Source: an uncultured bacterium
GTDB lineage: Bacteria > Oederibacteriota > Oederibacteriia > Oederibacteriales > Oederibacteriaceae
Length of the DNA: 64,000 bases
Direction of reading: 5' to 3'
Assembly (NCBI GenBank): GCA_965112635.1
Contig: OZ218778.1
Span: 1,984,001 to 2,048,000, forward strand
Shown: positions 31,026 to 39,528 of the stretch, one piece after another
Position numbering within the stretch: position 1 is the first letter of the stretch
Layout of the letters: each line of letters opens with the position of its first letter
Notes under the pieces: model-generated
What the model was told of the DNA's origin: nothing
The model's input: only the letters and a program-made list of their open reading frames with translations
Database searches by the model: none
Position numbers and translations under genes: made by a program

Positions 31026-31934
31026 ATGATAAAAACAGATAAATACGCCCAATTGATTGAACAACTTGAGCGAGCTAGTGCATTATTAGCAGATGCTCAA
31101 AGACAACTATACGACTATAATGAAGTTATTAAAGAATACATAAATCAAAAATCTTATTCATGGAAAGATCAAATCCTTTTTGAGTATGTAGCAACAACCA
31201 TGCAGGGCAAAAAACCTGTTTGGGTGGAATTAACTGAAAAAGTCAAAACCCCAATAAATCTATTTTTGGAATTATATGAAATAATTATGAGGCATTATTA
31301 TTACAATGAACTTTTGCAGTTTTCCGAAAAAAAATCTAAATTGCTAATGCTATTTCAGAATCTTTCAAAGGCATATACTGAACTTAATTTAGATCATATA
31401 AAAGTACTAAACGACCAGTTAGGATTGTTTGGGGGTGAAATAAAAACCCGTTTAGATTGGCTAGAGGCGAATAATAGGACAGACCCTTCAAATATTTTAC
31501 CTACAGTTTTTATTTCTAAGGGGTTTTCCGAAGAGGAAAATAAATTAAATGAATTTTTTGAAGGTTATATTGAGGCTTTAAAAATAGTGTGCATTTCGGG
31601 AGAGCCCTATGATTCCTCATCAATACCTGAAAAAATCCGAAAGAGAATAGATTCTTCAGATGCTCTTATAGCAATTATACAAAAACGATATTCTTCTCAA
31701 TCTGGAACATCTGGAGCTGGTTCTGCTTGGGTAATAAGAGAAATAGAATACTCATTAGGGAAAATAAAACCAGTTATAATATTAGCTGAAAAAGGTGTTG
31801 AGACTGCCGGATTTGAGTTTGAAAAAGAAATAATATATTTTGATTTGAAGGATCAACCATTAACAACATCGTCTATAAAGAAATTGCTCCAAGCTTTAAC
31901 AAAATATGGGCTTACTGGAAAGACTACAGAGTAA
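31026..31934 (+). CDS. helical N-domain + TIR-like/nucleoside deoxyribosyltransferase-like domain protein
   Basis: VFISKGF, KIRKRIDSSDALIAII, SAWVIREIEYSLGKIKPVIILAE (conserved Glu). Confidence 0.65.
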   Translation: MIKTDKYAQLIEQLERASALLADAQRQLYDYNEVIKEYINQKSYSWKDQILFEYVATTMQGKKPVWVELTEKVKTPINLFLELYEIIMRHYYYNELLQFSEKKSKLLMLFQNLSKAYTELNLDHIKVLNDQLGLFGGEIKTRLDWLEANNRTDPSNILPTVFISKGFSEEENKLNEFFEGYIEALKIVCISGEPYDSSSIPEKIRKRIDSSDALIAIIQKRYSSQSGTSGAGSAWVIREIEYSLGKIKPVIILAEKGVETAGFEFEKEIIYFDLKDQPLTTSSIKKLLQALTKYGLTGKTTE

Positions 31935-32011
31935 ATTGGTTCAATCTAGCCCCCCATCCTCATTTCCACAATTTATCCGCCTGAAATCTTTCAAGAGATG
32001 GATAGATAGGT

Positions 32012-32770
32012 ATGCTAAAAAATAAAAAGAAATTTAATGAGAAAAAAATGATTTCATTAATAAAAGCCCTCTTGAAATCTGGCTCCAAAAAAGACCATGA
32101 GGCAGCCATGAGGAGTCTCCCAAAAAATATACAAATTGAGGTAGCAAAGAAAATAAAAATAAAGCGTCAGTTGGAAAGATTTGTATTCCTATCAGATTTG
32201 TTAAAAAAATGTGATGAATATCAACCAATAATAGCTATGGATAACAAACGTAGATCAATGGAAGATTTATATAAACTTATGCAGTATTCAAAAGAAGTTT
32301 GGACTGTTGCCTGCTCTATGTATCGAAATGGTCGGTTCGCAATAGCTAAATTTTTAGGAATTGTTTGTATGGAGGAAGTGGCCAAATATTGGATATGTGA
32401 ATTACAATTTCTATTTTCCTGGATATCTAATACAAATAACAGTACCAAATCCCAGAGGAAAACTAATACTGATAGAAACAGGAATCCTTTATTCTCACAT
32501 CGAGATAAACATCTTATTTCTGTTCTCTCCGGATTGCTTATGAATTCACGAGCCGATAGGCGTTTAGGAATAGATAATATTAATGAATTCATAAAAATTG
32601 TTGAGAATAAAAAGCTGGAATCTATTAGACAATCTTGTATCTATGCTGAATCATGTGATGGTAAGTTTTTGGTACCCCCTGAACGTCATGCTAAGCAAGA
32701 CGCAGGATTCTATATTGCATTAGCTGGTGAGATTTTATTAGCGAATTCGGGGTCGCGTCTTGACATGTGA
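32012..32770 (+). CDS. AbiV-family (HEPN-like) abortive infection protein, C-terminus apparently replaced by a repeat
   Basis: A..LGIVCMEEVAK, H.DKH, LESIRQSCIYAE pattern; last codons (SGSRLDM*) derive from the repeat at 32749. Confidence 0.65.
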   Translation: MLKNKKKFNEKKMISLIKALLKSGSKKDHEAAMRSLPKNIQIEVAKKIKIKRQLERFVFLSDLLKKCDEYQPIIAMDNKRRSMEDLYKLMQYSKEVWTVACSMYRNGRFAIAKFLGIVCMEEVAKYWICELQFLFSWISNTNNSTKSQRKTNTDRNRNPLFSHRDKHLISVLSGLLMNSRADRRLGIDNINEFIKIVENKKLESIRQSCIYAESCDGKFLVPPERHAKQDAGFYIALAGEILLANSGSRLDM

Positions 32771-32804
32771 CATTCAAAAATTGAAGGTTCAGTAATCCCC
32801 GCCT
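32749..32804 (+). repeat. 56-bp GGGGTC-REP-like element, copy 1
   Basis: Identical to 37094-37149; diverged copy split by IS110 at 37900/39263; cores at 35126, 35375, 35410 and inverted at 35466. Confidence 0.9.
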
Positions 32805-32901
32805 AATTTCGCAATTTTTCCGCCGGCGGGTTTTTAGCCCTGCCATACTTCCTAGCCAGACAATCATGGAGAGATTAAAAACAAGGAACTTCTTAAACCC
32901 C

Positions 32902-32923
32902 CGTGGTAAATTTATTTACCACG
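32902..32923. promoter_or_regulatory. 22-bp palindrome CGTGGTAAAT-TT-ATTTACCACG, copy 1
   Basis: Perfect 10-bp arms; recurs at 39398 and 39492. Confidence 0.75.
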
Positions 32924-32973
32924 ACCCCCAGCCCCCTGAAGGTCGCGCTACGCTTGCCTTCAAATGATCCCCG

Positions 32974-33035
32974 GGGTCCCTCTGTATACTTATTTATGGA
33001 AGGGACCCGTTGAAGGATCATTCAGATCCTTCAAC
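32974..33035 (+). repeat. 35-bp inverted-repeat unit + 27-bp GTTGA..TCAAC hairpin, copy 1
   Basis: GGGTCCC-N21-GGGACCC then GTTGAAGGATC-ATTCA-GATCCTTCAAC. Confidence 0.85.
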
Positions 33036-33225
33036 ACCTAGTGAAAAGGTGCCTGGTCTTCACATATAAGGTCGCCTCCCGCCTCCCCCCGACCCCTTTT
33101 CGCGATTTTTCCCCCGGCGGTTTTTTTAACCATTCGCCCCACCATCCTAAACATCAAATGCTTTAGATTCTAAATTTCCAGATTTGTCACTTTCACACTT
33201 GCGCAAACGTGGAAGTGACCTACCC

Positions 33226-33299
33226 GTTGTCCATAAGAATACTAATAGACAATAAAAATAATGACACCTATAGACAACAATATAATTGTATGCTAGATT
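33226..33299 (+). promoter_or_regulatory. putative operator and promoter of the XRE gene
   Basis: GTTGTCCATAA-N6-TAATAGACAAT inverted repeat, plus a half-site TATAGACAAC overlapping TAGACA-N17-TAGATT. Confidence 0.5.
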
Positions 33300-33330
33300 T
33301 CAGGGTATAAAGGCAGGGAGAGGATGGGGG

Positions 33331-33768
33331 ATGGTGATGGTAAAGATTATTCATGGGGCAATAAAGGATAGGGAGCTGACCAAAGAGGAACAGGAGTTGG
33401 AGTCGCAGTTGATGCGGGAAGAGGATATTTACAGACGCGTTGCGCTCAGGATAAAGATGGAGAGGAAAGAACATGGCCTGACCCTGACCCAGCTGGCAGG
33501 GAAGACAGGATTGAACCTGAGCTTCATCGGCAATATTGAGCGGTGCAACAGCAAGCCTACCCTTTATACCCTGGAAAAGATCGCGAAGGCCCTTGGGCTG
33601 GAAGTATCTGAATTATTCATGGTCACCCACAGCAATCCCACGCCAAAGAGAACCCTCCAAAAATACAGCGTAGAGGCCAGATTAAAAGAAAAGATAGGCC
33701 ATTTATTGAGCGGGAAACCGGAAAAAGAACTGAAAAAGATCCATAAAATACTCAAACTGATAGTTTGA
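33331..33768 (+). CDS. XRE-family helix-turn-helix regulator
   Basis: RIKMERKEHGLTLTQLAGKTGLNLSFIGNIERCNSKPTLYTLEKIAKALG. Confidence 0.9.
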   Translation: MVMVKIIHGAIKDRELTKEEQELESQLMREEDIYRRVALRIKMERKEHGLTLTQLAGKTGLNLSFIGNIERCNSKPTLYTLEKIAKALGLEVSELFMVTHSNPTPKRTLQKYSVEARLKEKIGHLLSGKPEKELKKIHKILKLIV

Positions 33769-33782
33769 GAGGGGGAGAGGCC

Positions 33783-35111
33783 GTGAGCGAATCAGACTTC
33801 CTTAAAAAAGAATATGGTGATTTCCTTGCCCAACATCCGCGCAAAGACGGATGGAAGGTTTACGAATGCCACGAAAGATTATCAAGAATGCTTAGTCTCT
33901 ATTATTTGCTGGATTTTATCAGAGACAAACATCCGGAAATTTTAAAAAAGCGTCATGCTCCTGCCGAGGTAAGGACAGAGGACATGATGGGAGAACCGGA
34001 TGATAGTCATCCAGTGGAAAAGGGCAATGAGTGGGATGAAACCAAGGAGCTGGATGCCAACGGCTGGATAGGGGACATTGAGGTCGAGTGGACGGGGCAA
34101 CCGATCCACTACCATGCTTTTTATGTCATCGGGAAAGATCAGATGCATGGCCGTATGGGAGAGATAATTTTGGTGGCCACAAAGTCCAATGCCGCTATGA
34201 GAGATATACACCGCTCCCTGGATGAATACAGTCTATCCCGTGAAAAGAAGGAAGAAAAGACCATCCGTGTCATCAATGGACTGGGTATACCCATCCTGCC
34301 TGTGTCCTGGAATGATATTTTTCTGGGTGAGTGGCTGAAAGAGGATATCCGCTCCAATGTGGATTCATTCTTTCAGAGCAAGGAAATATATCAGGAAGTG
34401 GGTATTTCCTACCGCCGGGGATTTTTGCTGACCGGCCCGCCGGGCAACGGTAAGACCCTGACCATCAAATGCCTAGCCTATAACATCAAGGCCTCTTTTG
34501 TTACCGTGATAACCAAGGCCGAGGTGGAGGAGGGTGAGATCGAGGCAGCCTTTTATCATGCCAGCAGAATGGCGCCCGCAGTGATCGTGTTCGAGGACTT
34601 GGACCGGCTGGTCGAATCAAAGGCTGTTTCCCTGTCCCATTTTTTGAATTTGCTGGACGGGTTTAAAGTCACCGAAGGGGTTTTGGTGATCGCGACCTCC
34701 AACCATCCGGAAAAGCTGGACCAGGCCCTGCTCCACCGGCCCAGCCGGTTCGACCGTATATTCAGGTTTCCTTTGCCGGGACTGATCCAAAGACAGGCTC
34801 TCCTGGAGAAAAAGGGGGCCAGGTATTTTTCGATCGAGACGATCAAGGCAGCGGCCAAAGGTTCCAGCGGGTTTTCCATGGCCTATGTGCAGGAGATCGT
34901 TATCAACGCCCTTTTGGACTGGCATTATAACGGTAGGGGGGATGATAAGGACCGATATTTGCTGAAAAGTCTGGAAACTCTGAAAGCGCAAAGGAAAGGC
35001 GCTTCTAAATTGGATGAGGAACTGGCTGACAGGGAAAATATTGGGTTCCTGACACCGGAGGGAAGATCTTTCGGGCCTGTACTCTCCCCAGAGCTGATGC
35101 CGGTATCTTGA
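33783..35111 (+). CDS. AAA+ ATPase
   Basis: YRRGFLLTGPPGNGKT, IVFEDLD, FLNLLDG, ATSNHPEKLDQALLHRPSRFDR. Confidence 0.9.
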   Translation: MSESDFLKKEYGDFLAQHPRKDGWKVYECHERLSRMLSLYYLLDFIRDKHPEILKKRHAPAEVRTEDMMGEPDDSHPVEKGNEWDETKELDANGWIGDIEVEWTGQPIHYHAFYVIGKDQMHGRMGEIILVATKSNAAMRDIHRSLDEYSLSREKKEEKTIRVINGLGIPILPVSWNDIFLGEWLKEDIRSNVDSFFQSKEIYQEVGISYRRGFLLTGPPGNGKTLTIKCLAYNIKASFVTVITKAEVEEGEIEAAFYHASRMAPAVIVFEDLDRLVESKAVSLSHFLNLLDGFKVTEGVLVIATSNHPEKLDQALLHRPSRFDRIFRFPLPGLIQRQALLEKKGARYFSIETIKAAAKGSSGFSMAYVQEIVINALLDWHYNGRGDDKDRYLLKSLETLKAQRKGASKLDEELADRENIGFLTPEGRSFGPVLSPELMPVS

Positions 35112-35137
35112 AAGAAACGAGAATTGGGGTCGCGTCT

Positions 35138-35389
35138 TGATGTTATGAAAGCGCGCACTTCCTGGCAAGGGGTTTGATACCCTGATGCCAGAAGCAAAAC
35201 CAATCGGCAGCAACAGCTGCCACAGGGAGGCGCGTTATGGAACAGTATATCGCTTTCGATTCACACAAACACTATACCTTTGCAAGGGTTGAAACAGATA
35301 AGGGGAAGTTGGTGCAGGAGCAACGCATCCCCCATGAGAGAGGCGCCCTGAAAGAATTTCTTCAGAATAAAAACGGGGTCAAGTCTTGA
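35138..35389 (+). mobile_element. IS110-family remnant (left end + 50-aa transposase N-terminus at 35237-35389)
   Basis: MEQYIAFDSHKHYTFARVE..G....RIPHER resembles the first RuvC/DEDD motif; end TGATGTTATGAAA resembles TGATGTGATGAAA of the intact IS110. Confidence 0.7.
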
Positions 35390-35483
35390 AACTTGAAAAT
35401 AACGTCATGGGGGCCAGGTCTTGATCGGCCAGTTTTTCTTTATAAATGTCAAAAACCGTCAAAGAAAGACCTGACCCTAAAAC

Positions 35484-35762
35484 CAGGATAAATATTTGCC
35501 CACGAGTTCAATAAGCAAGTGCAACACTTAGGAGCAGGAGGGGGGAAAAAGCCTTGATCCGGGCGTGGACTGGAAAGAAATCGAACCAAGCCAGCCCGCG
35601 GTGCTGGGCGAGGGACAGCGCAGGATGTTCGGTGTCCTAAATTTGATGCTCGGCATCCCCGATTACTCCCTCCTTTTCCCCGCTCCCGGCAACGCCAACA
35701 AAGATGAACAATAATGCGTTCCCTTGTTGGCGTTGGCTGATCGCAACAGCCTTGCGAGCCTG
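35484..35762 (+). repeat. second copy of the secretin 3' end and downstream DNA
   Basis: EQEGGKSLDP..QPAVLGEGQRRMFGVLNLMLGIPDYSLLFPAPGNANKDEQ*; homologous to 27434-27746. Confidence 0.92.
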
Positions 35763-35815
35763 GTCATCCTGCCTCGGAGGATGAGGAAATTAAGTAATGA
35801 GGCTGAGTGATCCTA

Positions 35816-35860
35816 TTGACAAAAGTTTGCTATTAAGTATAATTTGTACAGAATATACAA
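35816..35860 (+). promoter_or_regulatory. TA operon promoter and operator
   Basis: TTGACA-N16-TATAAT followed by the TTGTA..TACAA inverted repeat. Confidence 0.75.
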
Positions 35861-35888
35861 AAGAGAGGGAACCAAAGGAGGCTAGGAC

Positions 35889-36152
35889 ATGACCAGTTTA
35901 ACGGCAGCGGAGGCGAGGACCCATTTTTCCGAGATCATCAATAAAGTGGCCTACGGAAAGGACAGGGTGCTCTTGACCCGGCACGGCAAGGGCCTGGCCG
36001 CCGTCATATCCATGCAGGACCTGGATGTGCTTAAAAAGCTTGAAGACAGCAGCGACCTAAGGGAGGCAGGAAAAGAACTGTTAAAAGCCAAAAACGAAAA
36101 AACAGTACCTTGGGACAAGCTAAAACCTTCGGCGGGCAAAAAAGGAAAGTAA
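35889..36152 (+). CDS. Phd/YefM family antitoxin
   Basis: AAEARTHFSEIINKVAYGKDRVLLTRHGK. Confidence 0.92.
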   Translation: MTSLTAAEARTHFSEIINKVAYGKDRVLLTRHGKGLAAVISMQDLDVLKKLEDSSDLREAGKELLKAKNEKTVPWDKLKPSAGKKGK

Positions 36153-36409
36153 TGCCTTACGCGGTCGAGTTCACTAAAAACGCGGCAAAAGCTTTCAAAA
36201 AACTACCCCACCATGTTCAGTTGGACCTGGAAAAACCCATCACCAGGTTAACCGGCAATCCGAGAGGCTGCGGTTGCGAGAAGCTTTCGGGCGAGGAAAA
36301 TCTATACAGGATTAGACAAGGTGACTACAGGATCGTTTACCAGATCAGAGATGCTGTTCTTCTTGTTCTCATTGTAAAGCTGGGTCACCGCCGGGACATT
36401 TACCGATAA
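36152..36409 (+). CDS. RelE/ParE family toxin
   Basis: YAVEFTKNAAK, NPRG.GCEKLSG..YRIRQGDYRIVY, LGHRRDIYR. Confidence 0.93.
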   Translation: MPYAVEFTKNAAKAFKKLPHHVQLDLEKPITRLTGNPRGCGCEKLSGEENLYRIRQGDYRIVYQIRDAVLLVLIVKLGHRRDIYR

Positions 36410-36421
36410 ACATCCTCCATT

Positions 36422-36522
36422 GGATGTTCGGTGTCCTAAATTTGATGCTCGGCATCCCCGACTACTCACTGCTTTTCCCTGATCCTAATCACCCCATAAC
36501 AACCGATGAGGAAACAAAATAA
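36422..36522 (+). repeat. third (shorter) copy of the secretin 3' end
   Basis: MFGVLNLMLGIPDYSLLFPDPNHPITTDEETK*. Confidence 0.88.
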
Positions 36523-36529
36523 TGAAGGT

Positions 36530-36558
36530 TTGACATGAGGGGTGAGGGGGAGGAAAAT
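36530..36558 (+). promoter_or_regulatory. repeated promoter module, copy 2
   Basis: TTGACA-N17-GAAAAT. Confidence 0.65.
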
Positions 36559-36603
36559 TAGATCATTGCTTTATGATGAAATTAAATCTGGAGGATACAA
36601 AAT

Positions 36604-37140
36604 TTGGAACATGGTGTTGATATTCTGGTCACTCTCAGCAGAGACAAGAGATACTTTGCTGGATCAATTGAAAAAGAGCGTTCTAAATTAAAAGAATATG
36701 GTGGTAGTTCGTGGCCATTACAGGGGAAAAGGCTAGGCCGAATTTTAGGACAATGGATATACTTTGTTTGTGATGGCAAATTAGGTGGAAGGGCTGAGAT
36801 AACAGGTATAACAAGAAGTCCAAAGGTTCGAGAATCCGTGGGTGGAAAGAAGTTAAAAGCAGATCAGTGGCTTCAATATAAACCACCGCTATATCTTGCA
36901 AAAAAAGTTATAAATCAAAAAGGTTTTCGGGGTTATAGATTCCTCAGTTCAAGTGAATCAAAACTTTTTAATACAGCATTTTCTGCCATTGTAAAAGCGC
37001 CTAAAAATGCTGATATCCCATATTCAGAAGATGTGTATCTGGAGGGGAAAAGGTTTCTTACAACGCATAAGAGCGTTGAGCGAAACGTGAATTGGGGTCG
37101 CGTCTTGACATGTGACATTCAAAAATTGAAGGTTCAGTAA
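36604..37140 (+). pseudogene. probable HNH (McrA-like) nuclease truncated just before the HNH domain
   Basis: YLEGKRFLTTHKSVERN is the usual lead-in to McrA-type HNH domains; the frame then runs into the 56-bp repeat at 37094. Confidence 0.5.
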
Positions 37141-37149
37141 TCCCCGCCT
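37094..37149 (+). repeat. 56-bp GGGGTC-REP-like element, copy 2
   Basis: Identical to 32749-32804. Confidence 0.9.
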
Positions 37150-37553
37150 CCCCGACCTCTTTTAAAAAATATAGGCCCTGATCATTTTCATCCTGCTTAG
37201 AATATGCTACTCCATAGCCTTCAGATTGTTCATTTCCACGTTTTCGCAATTGCGAAAATGCGAAAGTGACAATTATTGGATTTGGTAGGGAACGATAGAG
37301 CAGGGAATAAGTTCATTAAAATCGAATGCTTCGCCTCCCCCCAAGCTTCCAAAATTTCCAGCCCTAAATCTTTGCTCCTAATTGTCCTGTAGCTAATGCC
37401 TTTTTTAAGCACTTCGGCCTTTTAGCAATCGCCGTAACGCCGAAATGGATAAAAGCGGATAAAGTTTGACACCGGTATAGCAGGGGATACAATTTAAGGA
37501 AAGCGCCAGAGTGGCGCATAAGAGCATTCGACATTTTGGGAGGAGGTGAAACA

Positions 37554-37886
37554 ATGAAATTTACCAAGATACTTTTTTTAGCCCTGATCCTGGACGCTTT
37601 TAGCGGAGCGTGTTTATTGACAGCTCAGACCGCGGCTGTCAGCCCGGCTGTGGATCAGGTGACCCTCAAGGCCGATTTAGCTGCTTTGGACAAAGATTTG
37701 GCAGCGGTCAAGGCTGATATGGCCAAATTAAATGCGGATCAGGCAGCCAAAAACACCACCGCTTTTTCGGCAGATCGTATCCAGCTTAAAAAAGACAGGG
37801 CCAAGATGTATGCTGATATGAAAAAGTACAGAGCTGACGGAGGAAAGGGGTACTGGGCGGGGAAAGGCAAAGTGAACGGAAGATAA
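37554..37886 (+). CDS. small secreted Lys/Ala-rich protein, paralog of 17295-17624
   Basis: MKFTKIL..AQTAAVSP..KAD repeats; RBS GGAGG. Confidence 0.75.
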   Translation: MKFTKILFLALILDAFSGACLLTAQTAAVSPAVDQVTLKADLAALDKDLAAVKADMAKLNADQAAKNTTAFSADRIQLKKDRAKMYADMKKYRADGGKGYWAGKGKVNGR

Positions 37887-37903
37887 AAGGGGGTAAATTG
37901 GGG

Positions 37904-39262
37904 TCACCTATGAAAAAAGAAGTCAAGCCAAAAGCACACCCCAAATCCGTTCAGAACCTACAAAGGGTCTCTAGTTCCATTTAAGGACTAGGAAGCCAGT
38001 CACCTATAGATGCTCAAAGGCATATGATGAAGTAGGAACCGGTGGCACAATCACATCTTTCGGATTTAGCTGAAATAATCCTCAGCTATTCCATGACCCC
38101 GGGGTGCTCGCCGGCCTTTTCCTGCCCTAAAGCAACAAGCCTAAAAGTTTCCTTGCGTTTGAGCATATACCAAATGACTTCTAGGAGTTTTCGAGCCACA
38201 GCAACTCTTCCTGTATTGGCGCCATGTTTACTTTTAACCCGTTCAAACAAATCCTTGAACCGCCGGTCTTTCTTGATTATATGATGACTGTTTTCCACTA
38301 GGATCCATCTGAGCCATTTAGAACCTTGCTTTGTTAACCCCCCGTGTCTTTCTTTATCTGCGGATTGATAGGTTGATGGTGCCAGTCCAGCGTACGAGCA
38401 TAACTTTTTTGGATTTGGAAACCTGTCTATCTCTCCAATCTCGCTCAAAATCAGCAGGGCAGAATAGATTCCAATTCCAGGAATGCTCTGCAACATTTGG
38501 CCTTCTTCGCTTAGCTGAATCTGTTTATTTAGTTTTTTTTTGTTCTCCAACAGTTCCTTGTTTACCGCGTCAATCAACCTCAAAAATCCATTTACTTCTT
38601 CACGATAGCTCTCTCTTAATTCAAGACCGGCTAGCCACTTACGGCCTTTCTTGCCGAAAACATCGCTCATTTCATCTTCGTGGCCATCCTTCATTAAAAC
38701 CGCGTGAATCTTGCACTTTAACATTGTCCTTTGTGAGACCAGGGAGGCGCGATATCGGAGCACCTCCCTCAGGTCCCTAATTTCTCTTTTGGGAATGTAA
38801 GCGCTAGGCACCAGGTCGGCTCTGGATAAGTGGGCCAGGGTCGTACTGTCTATGGTATCCGTTTTTATTCGTGCTGAGGCGATGGCTTTCACTTTCAAGG
38901 GATGCGCTAAGGTAACTAGGGGCAGATGCTTCTCTATCGTCTCGTAAAAGAACATCCAGTTTCCGGTTGCCTCTACAACAACCTTGGTATCCCTAGGATA
39001 TTTCCCGAAAAAACTCTCCATCTCCTCCCGGTTGTTATTTACTCTCCTTTTCTCTAATACCTTTCCTTTATCATCCATCGCTACGACTTGACTGAACTTC
39101 TTGTGAAGATCTACCCCCAGATGTATACTCATTTTTGCCGCACCTCCTTAAAAGATTTGTTCCAGCCTTACGGCTGAGAACCCAGGTTCCCCAAGAACTT
39201 TGGTCCTTGAGACCCAGTATATCTTTTAGGATGTGCGGTTTTCCTTTTTCATCACATCACCT
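37904..39262 (-). mobile_element. IS110-family (IS1111-like) element inserted in a REP-like repeat
   Basis: TCACCT at both junctions (37904-37909, 39257-39262); sub-terminal IR ATGAAAAA(A/G)G; the flanks rejoin to a copy of the 56-bp repeat. Confidence 0.85.
38086..39132 (-). CDS. IS110 transposase/recombinase
   Basis: GVDLHK, VVEATG, KTDTIDS (DEDD); SIPGIG; SYAGLAPSTYQS. Confidence 0.95.
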   Translation of the reverse strand: MSIHLGVDLHKKFSQVVAMDDKGKVLEKRRVNNNREEMESFFGKYPRDTKVVVEATGNWMFFYETIEKHLPLVTLAHPLKVKAIASARIKTDTIDSTTLAHLSRADLVPSAYIPKREIRDLREVLRYRASLVSQRTMLKCKIHAVLMKDGHEDEMSDVFGKKGRKWLAGLELRESYREEVNGFLRLIDAVNKELLENKKKLNKQIQLSEEGQMLQSIPGIGIYSALLILSEIGEIDRFPNPKKLCSYAGLAPSTYQSADKERHGGLTKQGSKWLRWILVENSHHIIKKDRRFKDLFERVKSKHGANTGRVAVARKLLEVIWYMLKRKETFRLVALGQEKAGEHPGVME

Positions 39263-39393
39263 CTTGAAAATTGACATGCAAAAATTGAAGGTTCATTGAT
39301 CCCCGCCTAATTTCGCAATTTTTCCGCCTTCCTTGAATTTTTAGCCCTCCATGCCCCCCATCATACATGGGTAGATACAAATAAGTTCTTGTA

Positions 39394-39512
39394 CCCTCGT
39401 GGTAAATTTATTTACCACGAGGGGTAGTGGTCTTTTAGGTCTTTGCAACAGGGAAGTGGTAACGGTAATCATTCCATGACTTCCAGAACTCCGTGGTAAA
39501 TTTATTTACCAC
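39394..39512. promoter_or_regulatory. two further copies of the 22-bp palindrome upstream of a wHTH gene
   Basis: CCCTCGTGGTAAAT-TT-ATTTACCACGAGGG (39394-39423) and GTGGTAAAT-TT-ATTTACCAC (39493-39512). Confidence 0.75.
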
Positions 39513-39528
39513 ATGGTATATAGGTAGT

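Noticed and set aside
33226-33253. dif/pdif XerCD site
   Set aside because: It has 11-6-11 symmetry but lacks the TTATGTTAAA XerD arm; a third half-site on the XRE promoter favours an operator.
27434-36522. DGR template/variable repeat pair
   Set aside because: Differences include G/C, T/G and C/T and are largely synonymous rather than adenine-specific; no reverse transcriptase is in the window.
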